A stretch of DNA of 64,000 nt from Botryllus schlosseri (taxonomy: Eukaryota), in NCBI GenBank assembly GCA_051294905.1, contig CM119373.1, positions 2,730,001 through 2,794,000 on the forward strand. Direction: 5' to 3'. The position numbers and the translations under genes are program-made. The notes under the pieces are model-generated. The model saw only the letters and a list, made by a program, of their open reading frames with translations, had not been told where the DNA came from and made no database searches. Shown here piece by piece: positions 40,801-51,792 of this stretch; position 1 is the first letter of the stretch, and each line of letters begins with the position of its first letter.

Positions 40801-43260
40801 GAAGACATTGCCGATCTAAATAATCAAAGATATTATAATGTTTGTAGTGAAGCCATTTGTCAAGAAGCCAAGCCAGGAATCTAGAATATCCTGTAAAAAA
40901 AAAGACAATGAAGTTCAAGCTGGACCATTCGCACATTCTACTCACTACAATGACTAATCAGTAGGGCTGAGCACATTGGTATGGTTACTCAAATCTCGAA
41001 CGAGTATCAATTCTTATGATTCGAGCCAAGTATGTGACTATTTTCAAGACAGCCTACTGAAATTACACGCTCAGTGCCACTATAACAATGCAGTTTATAA
41101 TAAAATTATAGTTCCACCCAGCACGTTTTAGCAGCCCGATTGCGAACCACCGTCAATTGTATATTTCCGCATCATCGATGGCACTTTTTTCAGGGTAATA
41201 AATTGCTAATTAATGAAATATCATAAATCATCATATATAGTTCGTAACTTCAACTTACATAATTTAACATCTTGATCCATGAACAATGCACCACTGCGGC
41301 GCCTTCCTCTGAAGTTTAGAACTACATAACATTGCCTGTTCAATATCTAGTCTCCTGGTAGAAATGAAGTAACTTTGTATACACAAACACAGATATGTCC
41401 CATCCATATATAGTAAGAATCCATTGATAATAAGGTTGTGTTTTCTTATCGACGGCAAGATGACCAATGTGAGCAATCAGCCTTCCATAGGGCCCATCCA
41501 TAGCCTACGTTTTTGATACTGCTGCAATGTAGGCAATGTTTCCGTGTATATATACTAATATCGAAAGTTATAATCAAGCAATAAAAGTATGCACGGAGGC
41601 CGTGCCAACATTGCGGTAACATTGCCAACAACCCGTCTGCACCAGGCCATGAACATGTTAAGTTTATAGAGTTTATAATTGGTTTAGTGTTTGAGTATCC
41701 TTTGATTAGAGCGAGGTTAAATATGGGCTAACAAACTATTATAATGTTGTTCCTAAAATACCCTAAATATAAACCAATATTGCCAAAAATTCTTACATGT
41801 TCACTGAAAGCCTCAATTATTTTATTAACGCTATTATAGATGGTTATGGTTATATACTGTTGTGGAAACAAAAATGCGAAAATGGATGTTAATGTGATGC
41901 TACAATCTTCATGCATCCACAAATTCAGCAATCTCACATTCCATAAAGGAACATTCCACATTTCTGTAAGCCTATACATAACATTTCAAAATTCAGTATA
42001 TACCGCTATGTTATAAAATACCGGTACATTACTTTATGCGGCATCTGGTTTGCTGATTGGGTCCTGCAGTCCTAGGAAATCCTTGTAAAACTTTTCACAG
42101 GATGCACATGAAATGGCAAGTTATTGCTTGTGAGACATTATGGAACAGAGCACAATAAATCAGACTTCTATGATCAATACATTATCATATAGTATCAAAT
42201 GTAGCCTACTACATGAGTTACCAATTAGCAGCGGGTCGATCAATTCCGTCAGTATAGGTGATATTACAGCCGTGTCACTATAATCATATAATCGAATTCA
42301 TTATATCGCATCAGCAGTTCATGATGATCGAGACTATTGCTGTTTATTAAATATAGCACTCAAATACCAAGCTCCCTGCCCTTCCGGTACTCATGATAGA
42401 GACATCTCACAGTCCACGCTGTTAACGTTTCCAATTATGAACTAAACCATTACTGTGATAATTCGTCCCTCCGCCATTGCTACATACGGTGATCAAATTG
42501 AATTACACGCGCGGCGCATGCGCGATGCTCGCCAAATAGAAGAAGGCAGGCTTCTGGTTTTATGGTTGGATGAATCTGAAGCAACAGGCGTGTTCGACTC
42601 CATTATCGAAATAGCCGAGAGGATTGCTTACTGCGTTGTTCCGTGATTGGAATAGTCATCACAATCCCATCATGACGATTATCAAGTTCTGATATCGGAA
42701 TATTTCACATGCATTACGAGTATTTGCCCCTGATGTGGGCATTTTCGACCCAGTAATGTCACATTAAAATAAGCCACTGTGTCTCTGTATCGCACATTAT
42801 ATCGAGCCTCTTTAGCACTGTGCGACCGCAATGATCGACAGCCGGGCTTGTGAAGTTCCACGCAATGAGAAAGTCACACCATATCAACATCCACGGCTTC
42901 ACTCCACTAGATTTCACTTGTATCATGACTGTATTCAACACAACTTATTCAGCATTGACTGCAGAATAATGCACATTTGAGTTCATAGAAACGATTTCCC
43001 AGTAAGGACATCCAAATCAACTCCTGTGTTGGTGGCATCCAGGCATCACACTATTATGACATCCACTGGAATGGTCATTGGTGACTGGCATGGGAGCACT
43101 CTTAAAGTTACTTCCTCTGGGGGTCTCTTGGAGTTACATAATTGGACGTCAATTTGTGACCTACTGAGCAAGTCCTCAGTCACTAAAAGTGGGACGTGGG
43201 ACGACTGGGCACAATTGTGGACGTACCCGTAAGTCCGTGGGAGATCGGGTGTTTGCTGGG
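37805..43260. mobile_element. CACTA/EnSpm-type non-autonomous or decayed element, 5.5 kb
   Basis: Perfect 17-bp TIR CCCAGCAAACACCCGAT; 2-bp TSD AT; subterminal ggacgt/gactcc repeats at both ends, including a ~40-bp tandem array at ~37920-38040. Confidence 0.85.
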
Positions 43261-43391
43261 ATTGTATATTCATTTATATAGGTTAGATATAACAAAGATA
43301 GCAAACACGACGGTCGATAGTTATCATCTACTATAGTCATCAGCCTATAGTAATATAGACGATATATCCAACTCTCGACTCTGTAGATCCC

Positions 43392-43529
43392 TCAACAGTC
43401 TCTCATCTCAATTCTCATACTCATGTGCCCGTAATACTCCACCGGGTGAATGCGGACATATCTGGCGTTGATGGGTGGAGACAGTGCGTTATCAACGATG
43501 GTGTTTTGGTCAGAATTTGCGGAGAATGT
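43392..43529 (-). CDS. CTL-F5/8C lectin gene, last exon (F5/8 type C C-terminus)
   Basis: Acceptor ttccggattcag, phase 0; TFSANSDQNTIVDNALSPPINARYVRIHPVEYYGHMSMRIEMRDC*. Confidence 0.92.
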   Translation of the reverse strand, partial: TFSANSDQNTIVDNALSPPINARYVRIHPVEYYGHMSMRIEMRDC

Positions 43530-43918
43530 CTGAATCCGGAACACATAATAATATTAATAATGCGAATAAAGAATATTATAAGGATATTGAGGGGATATCG
43601 AGAGCTACTATGTAATATCTTACATCGTATCTAGAGGCAACAGGGAATTAAGCTACATCTGCACTGCAACGAAGGGCTGGGCCAAATCGAGTATCTGAGT
43701 GTTTCCATTCTGAATCCAGTATTAGGCTTTGAGCGAAGTCGATTATTATTCGAGGATCACTAATTTTGAGAAATGTTCAAATAGTACCTTTCATGCGACG
43801 AGAAAGAATGTAATGCCAGTTCTAGATTACAATAGTTGTATGTATGTATAGGGGGGTTGGGGTGCTTCTCGGCTAACTGAGGCCTTTTGCACCATGCCTG
43901 TTTTGTTCATTAATACAA

Positions 43919-46900
43919 CTATAAGTCTCTAGTGGACAATATAACAAAGTCTAACAGTGATTGTACCGTGTGAGGACTTTTCAATAGCGAACTAAGCGAA
44001 AGTGGGATATTGTGTCTATGTGCCGATTGAAATAGATGGGCCCTGGCTCGATCGTAGCGATTGCATGAAGTAACAAAATGCTCAAGCGTCTCTAGTTGAT
44101 TACACGTGTCGCACAGTCCCGTTTCATGAAGTCCAAGTCTATACAGATGGGCGTTTAGTCGACGATGCCCCGTTTGCATCCTAATGAGAATGGACGATTC
44201 TCTACGGGAGAGCCGCGGCATGTTCGTATGATCATCGATGCTTGAAAAAATTCGTCGATATTGCGACTCAATGTGGATTTGAGTCCAGTGATTATCCCAT
44301 TTGGTTTTGCAGAATTCGTGGATCAGGGTTCTTGCTTCGTTCGTAGATATGTCCTGTTTTTCTACGTTGTTTGGTAGATCGTTCGCTGCGTCTCGCGCCA
44401 GTTGATCAGCTCTCTCGTTGAAACCAACATTCTTGTGTCCAGGTATCCATACCATCGAAACTGCTTTCTTATTGAAGGCCAAGGCGTTGTTGCGTTCTTG
44501 TATATCGATGACGATGTTATCCGTTGTATTGGTCGTGTTGATTGCTGTCAGAGCGCTTTTGCTGTCTGAAAAAATCGTGATGTTAGAATTTGGCAAGCAA
44601 TTTACCGTAACCCAGTCCAACGCTGCTCTTATTGCAATGAGCTCTGCTGAAAATATCGACAATGCGCCCATTAGTTTCTGGTTCCAGGAGTGATTTTCCT
44701 CGTCCACGTAGAAGGCAGCTCCACATTGGTTATCGTTCTTTGACCCGTCTGTATAGATTTTTATAGAGTCAGCGTAATGATCGTCAATATACTGTTCGCA
44801 CTCTCGTTTGACGATTTCGGGATATATTATGTTCCTAATCAATGATTCGATTTTCAAGTCAATCGTGCACCTCATTGCTTTCCATGGTGGCGTTGGCAGG
44901 AGATTTCGTTTCGCTATACCGAAATTCTGAAATATAGGAGCACGTTTCGTCAGCATGTTAAATGTAATAAAATTTTCCGAGTCAGGAAAGATTTCATGCC
45001 ATGATTCCTGTGTTATTGATTGACATGGATGGGAATCGTTAGACAAAATGACCGTCCTATATGTTAAGCATGCCTGGAGATGTCTAAGGTGTATGGGCAT
45101 TTCTCTGCACGAATGTTGTAGTGCATATATCGGGGTACTTTTCATTGCTCCGCAACATATTCGGAGCGCGGTATTCTGGATAGTGGCGATGGGTCGTCTG
45201 ACGTACTTCGGGGAGAACATGTACGCTTCCATACAGTATTCGATGACCGACCTTATCAACACCTTATACAGAGTCAAGAGACAAGTTTTGGAAGCACCCC
45301 AATTAGTTCCTGACAGACAGCGCAGCACGTTCAATCTCATTGTGCATTTCTTGACCACAGCTTTGGAATGATGAGCGTAGTTCAGTCGAGAGTCAAAAGT
45401 GACTCCTAGGTATTTGTACTGCTTGACAAGAGTAATATCGGAATTGTTGAGCGTTAATTGGACGGAAGGAATTTTCCTTTTCCTCGAAAAAATTATTGCC
45501 TCGGTCTTTTTGGTATTTAGACGGAGTCCCCATTTCTTGCACCATGATTCTATTGCGGTTAATGACTCTTGGATCGCGGTTCTTATTTTATCAAACCTGA
45601 GGTCAGATTCCCAGATGCAGACATCATCTGCAAATACGTTTATATTAGTTTGAATCGTTTCGGGGAGATCATTCATCATTACGGTATACAGTAACGGACT
45701 TAACACGCTTCCCTGGGGGATGCCGTTTTCAATTTTATGACTGTCCGACAACTTATTTCCTACTCTGACCTGAAATGTGCGGTTATGTAAGAAGCTGTGC
45801 AGCCATCGCAGGAGTTTTCCGGATAAGCCCATTTTTTGCAGTTTGATTATTATTCCATCCCTCCAAACACGATCATAGGCCTTTTCGATGTCCAGGAATA
45901 CACAGATTGCGGATCTTTGATTTCCCAAGGCCTTGTATAGATCATCATGTAACGCCATCACACTATCTTTAGTTGACCTGCCATTGCGAAATGCGCTTTG
46001 AGATGGGTGGAGGAGTTTTCGGTTTTCAAGCCACCAATGAAGCCTTTTGCTGATTAGCCGTTCCATTATTTTGCACAGATTGCTGGTAAGAGCGATCGGT
46101 CTGTAACTCCATATGGAATTTAAAAATTGGCCGTTCTTCGGGATAGGTACGTTGATGGAGTGATGCCATGCAGATGGGCACTGAGCTGTCTTCCACACCT
46201 CGTTAATGGATCGTAATACACGGTCTAGACAGGAGGGTGGTAAATTCATTATCATTTGATAGCATATTCTGTCGTGGCCGGGAGCTGTATTTTTCCGAGT
46301 CTTCAGTGTTTGCATAAGTTCCGAAGTACTGAATTCTATGTTTATTCCTGTGGTGTCATCTTGCATTTCGCATAAGCGTTGATGCATTGCTTGCTTCATA
46401 GCATCGCGTCTATGTCGAAATTCTGGTTGAAGGCTATCATCACTACTGACACTCGCAAAGTAGGATGCCAGTGCATTTGCTTTGTCCTGCTCTGTTGTGT
46501 GCACTTGGTCGCCGACTTTGAGGGAGGTAATACGACTCCAGGTGCGACTTCCGCTCATGGATTTGACTACGTGCCAAACACGCGCCAAGCTTGAATTTTC
46601 AGTGAGGGAGCTGCAAAAGGTTTCCCAGTATTGCTTTTTGGCGACGAGAACAGTTTTCTTTGCTTGTGCGCGTCGACGTTTGAAGTTGATAACGTCCTCC
46701 GTGGTAAAGGTCAGCTTCATCTTTTTGAAGGCCGCACGTTTGAGGCGAAGGGATTTCGAACACTCTTTATTCCACCATGGAACAGAGCTTTTGGATATCG
46801 GTCTAGATTCCGGAATGCTCTTCACTGCGGCGTCTATAATGATACTTGATATCTCCTCCATTTTTGGAGGTGTATGGCAGGCGACGGAAAATCGCTCCCT

Positions 46901-47629
46901 GCAGAGGCTTTTGAATTTATCCCAATCCGCGCGATGAAATGACCAACTCTTCATGTATGTCTGCGAGGTATCAACCGTTACGCTGAGTTCTGTGAGCACG
47001 ACGTAATGATCACTTCCTAACAAATAATCAGTAACATCTGTTGAGACGTTGTGGGCCAGGTCTTTAGTGCATATTGTCAAGTCCAATAACGAACTATTGT
47101 CGCGAGATTGGGATGAAATGTCAATCCTGGTCGGGATAGTGGTGTTTATTACCACAAAATCCTTAGTATCAATAACATGGTAAAGATGTCTACCGCAATT
47201 GTTTATTCGGTCGCTCTTCCACAAGGGATGGTGGGCGTTAAAGTCTCCGACTATAATGCACTTTGTGGTGAAGGGGCGAAAACATCGTTCGAGGAGCATA
47301 CGCGATAGGTTGCGATTTGGAGGGATATAAACATTCAAAACAGTAATCTGGTCAAGTCTGATGGCTAGCATCTCTATTGGGTGTACACTTTCTATATCTA
47401 ATTGAACGAATGATAGATTCGATTTCACAAAGAAGCAGATGCCACCGCCATGGATGTCCCGGTCTCTCCTAACGAGGTTATAGTCTTTGATTTTAGGGGT
47501 GTACTTATTAACCAAGTGAGTTTCCTGCAGGGCGAGTAAATCAGGTTTTGTATCAAGTCTTTCTATGAAATATTTCAATTCCGGGATTTTTCTATAAATG
47601 CTCCTACAATTCCATTGAAGTATTCTTAA
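43919..47629 (-). CDS. LINE ORF2: AP endonuclease - reverse transcriptase - RNase H - CCHC finger
   Basis: LRILQWNCRS (upstream of the track's TTG start), LQETH, GDFNAHH, GSDH; RT PQGSVLSP and FADD; RNase H YTDGS, FSDS, WIPGH..NERAD; CDTC..ETLEHFVTSC. The true start is unresolved. Confidence 0.96.
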   Translation of the reverse strand, partial: LRILQWNCRSIYRKIPELKYFIERLDTKPDLLALQETHLVNKYTPKIKDYNLVRRDRDIHGGGICFFVKSNLSFVQLDIESVHPIEMLAIRLDQITVLNVYIPPNRNLSRMLLERCFRPFTTKCIIVGDFNAHHPLWKSDRINNCGRHLYHVIDTKDFVVINTTIPTRIDISSQSRDNSSLLDLTICTKDLAHNVSTDVTDYLLGSDHYVVLTELSVTVDTSQTYMKSWSFHRADWDKFKSLCRERFSVACHTPPKMEEISSIIIDAAVKSIPESRPISKSSVPWWNKECSKSLRLKRAAFKKMKLTFTTEDVINFKRRRAQAKKTVLVAKKQYWETFCSSLTENSSLARVWHVVKSMSGSRTWSRITSLKVGDQVHTTEQDKANALASYFASVSSDDSLQPEFRHRRDAMKQAMHQRLCEMQDDTTGINIEFSTSELMQTLKTRKNTAPGHDRICYQMIMNLPPSCLDRVLRSINEVWKTAQCPSAWHHSINVPIPKNGQFLNSIWSYRPIALTSNLCKIMERLISKRLHWWLENRKLLHPSQSAFRNGRSTKDSVMALHDDLYKALGNQRSAICVFLDIEKAYDRVWRDGIIIKLQKMGLSGKLLRWLHSFLHNRTFQVRVGNKLSDSHKIENGIPQGSVLSPLLYTVMMNDLPETIQTNINVFADDVCIWESDLRFDKIRTAIQESLTAIESWCKKWGLRLNTKKTEAIIFSRKRKIPSVQLTLNNSDITLVKQYKYLGVTFDSRLNYAHHSKAVVKKCTMRLNVLRCLSGTNWGASKTCLLTLYKVLIRSVIEYCMEAYMFSPKYVRRPIATIQNTALRICCGAMKSTPIYALQHSCREMPIHLRHLQACLTYRTVILSNDSHPCQSITQESWHEIFPDSENFITFNMLTKRAPIFQNFGIAKRNLLPTPPWKAMRCTIDLKIESLIRNIIYPEIVKRECEQYIDDHYADSIKIYTDGSKNDNQCGAAFYVDEENHSWNQKLMGALSIFSAELIAIRAALDWVTVNCLPNSNITIFSDSKSALTAINTTNTTDNIVIDIQERNNALAFNKKAVSMVWIPGHKNVGFNERADQLARDAANDLPNNVEKQDISTNEARTLIHEFCKTKWDNHWTQIHIESQYRRIFSSIDDHTNMPRLSRRESSILIRMQTGHRRLNAHLYRLGLHETGLCDTCNQLETLEHFVTSCNRYDRARAHLFQSAHRHNIPLSLSSLLKSPHTVQSLLDFVILSTRDL

Positions 47630-48915
47630 TTTACCTTTGAAGGCGAAGCTTGTGTGAGGTCCATTGCGATAGAAGACTCGTCGGTAGCTTGTGGCGAATT
47701 TTGTCCGCCGTACGTCCTGTGTCGGCCGATGCTTGAGGCTTCTACTCGATTGGCGGGATTTAGTTGCAATCCGGTAAATCCTATTCCAAGTTCCTTCTGA
47801 GCGGTCTCCGATATGACTTTTTCAATGTCAATTTCCTGTCCTTCGGTGATTGATTTAATTGTACTTTTCAATACGCCTGCGATAAAGCTGAACAGCGCCG
47901 ATGTTGATAAGGTTATGCTATCATTCGATGGCAATGGGTGGTTTGTGGGGATGACTTGTCGACTGATTGGAGCTGATCTTACAGCTACGTTACGATGCTG
48001 CTGGTGAAATACTTGGTTTGAGGTTTGGTTACTGCCATCCTTTTGCAATGGTGGGAATTCGTTTTCAGATAAAACATTTGGGATTTGTCTCTGTTCTTGT
48101 TCTATTCCTCTGGCAGTCCAGTAGTTGACATCGGAGTTTGCCATTATCGCGTGGATTCGAGTTTCCTGTCGATACCTATTACAACCCGCGTAGCCGGCTG
48201 AATGTGGTTGGCCACAGTTAACACAATTGGCTTGGTTCGTGCAGTTCTTGTATTCGTGATTATTACCGCATTTAGTGCACCGTGCTGAGCTACGGCAATG
48301 CTTAGCCTTATGACCGAATCTACTGCAATTGTAACAGCGCAAGGGTGGTGGGTTGTATATCCTGGTCCTGAACCGCAAAAAGCCTATATGTACGACAGTG
48401 GGAAGCATGTTCGCTGAGAAACATAGAAGAACCGATCTGCTTGGAATAACTCCGTCCTTGGAGCGGTATGACAACCTTTTGACATATATAACGTTGTCAT
48501 TCGATAGTGCTTGCCGTATTTCTTCTTCACTAAGATCCATGGGAACGTCAGAGATGACTCCGCGCATTTCCGGTGGTTTGGTTTTGTAAAGCTCCACTTT
48601 GACCTCAATCTTATTCTCCTTTGTCCCCAGATCATTACATGATAGTAGTTTGGCCACCTGTCCGCTGTTTGCACATTTTACGCAGAGATCTCCTGATGGA
48701 AGGACACGTACCTCACTGTAAGGGCCTCCTAATATCTTGATCAAATTCCTGTTGATGACCAAAGGATTTTGACGACGAATTGGCTTTGTGATACCCGTTA
48801 TGACTACAGAATGCTCATTGAATCGACTTAATCCATGAGAAGCTGACTCCTTTGGCGCAGGTTCATCAGTAGAATTTTCGGCGGGGCGTTTTACCGCCCC
48901 TCTTCCTTGTGACAT
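47626..48915 (-). CDS. LINE ORF1 gag-like nucleic-acid-binding protein
   Basis: 429 aa with three zinc knuckles: CYNCSRFGHKAKHC, CTKCGNNHEYKNC, CVNCGQPHSAGYAGC. Confidence 0.95.
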   Translation of the reverse strand: MSQGRGAVKRPAENSTDEPAPKESASHGLSRFNEHSVVITGITKPIRRQNPLVINRNLIKILGGPYSEVRVLPSGDLCVKCANSGQVAKLLSCNDLGTKENKIEVKVELYKTKPPEMRGVISDVPMDLSEEEIRQALSNDNVIYVKRLSYRSKDGVIPSRSVLLCFSANMLPTVVHIGFLRFRTRIYNPPPLRCYNCSRFGHKAKHCRSSARCTKCGNNHEYKNCTNQANCVNCGQPHSAGYAGCNRYRQETRIHAIMANSDVNYWTARGIEQEQRQIPNVLSENEFPPLQKDGSNQTSNQVFHQQHRNVAVRSAPISRQVIPTNHPLPSNDSITLSTSALFSFIAGVLKSTIKSITEGQEIDIEKVISETAQKELGIGFTGLQLNPANRVEASSIGRHRTYGGQNSPQATDESSIAMDLTQASPSKVN

Positions 48916-49324
48916 TTATAACACGCTTTTACACGTCCACTTATATCGTAGGCCCGTGTTTCCGAATGGTAAATCCTCCTTGCTTACTAATTGAAGCAGA
49001 GTACGTGCGACGCTCGTTCGGCTGACAGAAGTCGGATTGATTGAGATGGTGTTGCGGCTTACATTCGAATCTTACCTTCTCGCAATTCCACCAAGCGAAA
49101 TGAGGTTACAATAGTTATTATCTGGTATTTTGCGATAATAACTATTTCATTTTGCATTTCACTTTTTACTGAATCTTTCGTAGGCTGCGATACGGCCAAT
49201 CGAAGTTTACAGCCTTCGGTAGTGGAAAATGGTATCGAAACTATATATTTCATGCTGATGAACAACGATTATTGGCAAGAAAAGTACAATTTCAGTACTC
49301 GGAAATTCCTTCTTTCGTCACGAC

Positions 49325-49838
49325 TATCGGGCTGGGCACAATGATTCGAGCACTCGAATCTGAATCGAGTATTAATTGTAATGATTCGAAGCGAGTTGTG
49401 AAAGACGATTTTTTCGAGTACTGAAATTATACGTTCCTCGCCACTGGAAGTTATTCTATCAACGAGAATATTAGTTTCGACAGGAATTTTCAATGTTGAC
49501 GCCTTGAAACCTTGATTGGTCGTATCGTATCATACGAAACATATAGTGCAAAGCTGCTAGCGTTACTGGAACTAGCATATTTCCGAAGTCATGATCGTAG
49601 CACAACATTGTCACCAAGTGCAACAAAATCGGTGAGCTCGAAAAAATACCAAAGTATCTTTAATGTGATGAATAACAGGCATTAAATTATTTGTGGTCGC
49701 ATAAAAGGTGCATATTTGAACTTTCACATATTACCTTGTGTTGTGACGTCATAATGAGTGATTCTCGATTACTCGACTCGAAGCATATTCCGTGATTCAG
49801 AATCGAATTACTCAGGTACTCGATTTTGCCCAGCCTTA
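49325..49838 (-). mobile_element. MITE family N inserted into an oppositely oriented family N remnant (~49285-49912)
   Basis: Exact TSD GTCACGAC; the flanks rejoin to match 9800-9904. Confidence 0.85.
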
Positions 49839-50012
49839 GTCACGACTCGATTCGAATGAATAAAAATATTACTCGATTCAGATTCGAGTGCTCGAATCAT
49901 TATGCCTATCCCTTCTGCTGTATCTGCACTTTTCAAAGTAGGAGACCGGAAGTAAAAGAAGGCTAACGGAGTACAAGAATGTAGTCGATTATATATTGTC
50001 ATTTATACCCAC

Positions 50013-50179
50013 TTTATCTTCATCCAATTCTTGGTAATATTGCATTTGCGAAGTAGCATTTCCAAACGATACGTGATAACTCGTGACCCATTCGGCATAT
50101 ATTCTCCCTCCCTGGGTTACAATGCCGGTGATTGTCCTGGGAGCCAGGTAGTCGACCTGTATCCACTGGTTTTCGTTAT
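50013..50179 (-). CDS. CTL-F5/8C lectin gene, exon 5 (F5/8 type C core)
   Basis: NNENQWIQVDYLAPRTITGIVTQGGRIYAEWVTSYHVSFGNATSQMQYYQELDEDK; acceptor ctgtttag, donor gtgggt; phase 1 to 0. Confidence 0.93.
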
Positions 50180-50237
50180 CTAAACAGACATTTGAGTAGT
50201 CCGAAGTTGCTTCGATTCGACATTGATTCTATCTCAC

Positions 50238-50366
50238 TCTCGGCTGTGCACCAAGCTCCATAGGCGTTGAGAACTGCGTTTGCATTGGAACAGAGAGGAT
50301 GTACGGAAGTGGTGGATATCTGTGAAGGCATGATCGTGCCGTTGTAAAGTCCTACGTAGCACACCT
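50238..50366 (-). CDS. CTL-F5/8C lectin gene, exon 4 (F5/8 type C N-terminus)
   Basis: VCYVGLYNGTIMPSQISTTSVHPLCSNANAVLNAYGAWCTAE; 129 nt, phase 1/1; acceptor ttttctctgacag, donor gtgaga. Confidence 0.9.
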
Positions 50367-50435
50367 CTGTCAGAGAAAACGTATACTGTTGACCATACGT
50401 TTCCAAACATCCATACTCAAGCTGAATTTACATAC

Positions 50436-50640
50436 GTGGGGTCCAACACAGCACCCCGTTTTTCTTTGAAGTGGAAGATTTATCTGTGCAACTACTTTCG
50501 CTACATGTCCATTCCTGCGAAGCAGTCTCATATCTCGTATGAACGCAGTAGTTTAGGAAAATATATCCATGATCATTCGAAGAATCATTGGAATAGCATT
50601 CGGAATAGTCACAGTAGTTGCTGTTGTCTGTTTCATATGT
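50436..50640 (-). CDS. CTL-F5/8C lectin gene, exon 3 (C-terminal half of the C-type lectin-like domain)
   Basis: TYETDNSNYCDYSEC...EWTCSESSC...KKNGVLCWTP; acceptor tttctattttcag, donor gtatgt; phase 0 to 1, compatible with both neighbours. Confidence 0.85.
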
Positions 50641-51253
50641 CTGAAAATAGAAACGGAAAATGCTCAGGTCAGTAGAAATCAATGTTATATTGTGCATAAT
50701 CTACTAAGATCATAAGACTTTTTATATGCCTTATAGGATTCCTATGTCGGTTTGCATTGACTCGATCTTGGAATGTTGTGTAATGCCCGTTATCGATGCC
50801 TCATTCAAAATGCAGGCCTTTAAAAACCTCACCCAGGTTACTCATCATGCGAACCTCTAGAATCATTTTTAGCTGCGTTAATTGAGGGGAGTGAATTGAG
50901 ACCGAATTGCCTTTATGCTCTACCATATTTCCGCTTGTCGATGTCGAATATTGATCTGGACTGCTCCTCATCGACAACCAGTACAACTCCGTCAAGAAAT
51001 AGAGATCGCCGCGCTTCAAACTTCCGGCGAAAGTAACAACCGAGGTGGAAGCATTGAAGTGAGGGAGAATGAAAGCTATCTGTCTCCCATAGTACACGAA
51101 TAAGAATGATAAAACCACGAACGGTAGCGATTGTGAGCGGGCAACAATATTGATCGTTTCGACACCAGCCTATTTAGTCATAGTACGATCTTTCGCACTG
51201 TGCATTGGATTGAACCGATGCGTATACTGTTGCTGGTTTATGGTTATTAGATT

Positions 51254-51784
51254 CAGGGGTGGGCAACTTCTCAGGTCAGATATGGGAAAATGTAGTAACA
51301 CTAGGCGGGCCGAATTGCAGAATCGATACATTAATCGCATATCTATCCACCTATATTAGTAATAAATCGTATTTAATGTAAATTCCAAGCTTAAAGTATA
51401 GAGACCAAAACAGTATTTAATGAGTTTATTACCATTATTTACTTCTATAGCTGTTGAAGTCAATCAGACATCAATGGTCGATGCAAGCTGTCAACAAGTT
51501 CTTAGAACTCTGGCTGTATGTCAGATGTAGAAAACCTTAGTGAAGACTGATCATGAACATCAGTTATATTGGAACAGAGCCTTGTCTTGTTTATGTTCAT
51601 GGTCGAAAACGTTTACTCGCAAAAGTATGTGGACCCGAATAGAACAAGTAGTTTCACGACCATCGTTGTCACGTTAGCAAACTTGGATTCATTCTATGAC
51701 GCATCATAATTTTCAATACCTTCATATTATAATTTCACTTTCATGGTAGAGACTCTTTGCGGACCACTCGAAATCCCGTCCCTG
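51254..51784. mobile_element. Charlie/Buster-type element family H, deletion derivative
   Basis: Left end caggggtgggcaacttctc homologous to 54390-54520; carries a transposase remnant; right boundary uncertain. Confidence 0.7.
51460..51690 (-). pseudogene. Charlie/Buster (GTF2IRD2/SPIN-like) transposase C-terminus with two stops
   Basis: KLLVLFGSTYFCE*TFSTMNINKTRLCSNITDVHDQSSLRFSTSDIQPEF*ELV. Confidence 0.85.
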
Positions 51785-51792
51785 CTTTAAGA

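Larger units (their letters stand above)
43837..49033 (-). mobile_element. Full-length I-group (Nimb-like) non-LTR retrotransposon
   Basis: Two intact ORFs, ~120-nt 5' UTR, short 3' UTR ending in (TACA)3. The 5' boundary is approximate and no TSD was found. Confidence 0.92.

Noticed and set aside
43425..43634. Plus-strand 69-aa ORF
   Set aside because: Antisense shadow of the lectin last exon.
44418..48674. Several antisense and alternative-frame ORFs
   Set aside because: Shadows of the LINE ORF1 and ORF2 coding frames.
50801..51118. 105-aa minus ORF as an extra lectin exon, or a solo LTR starting tgtaat
   Set aside because: Exons 2 and 3 join cleanly without it; no good splice sites, LTR end or TSD found.
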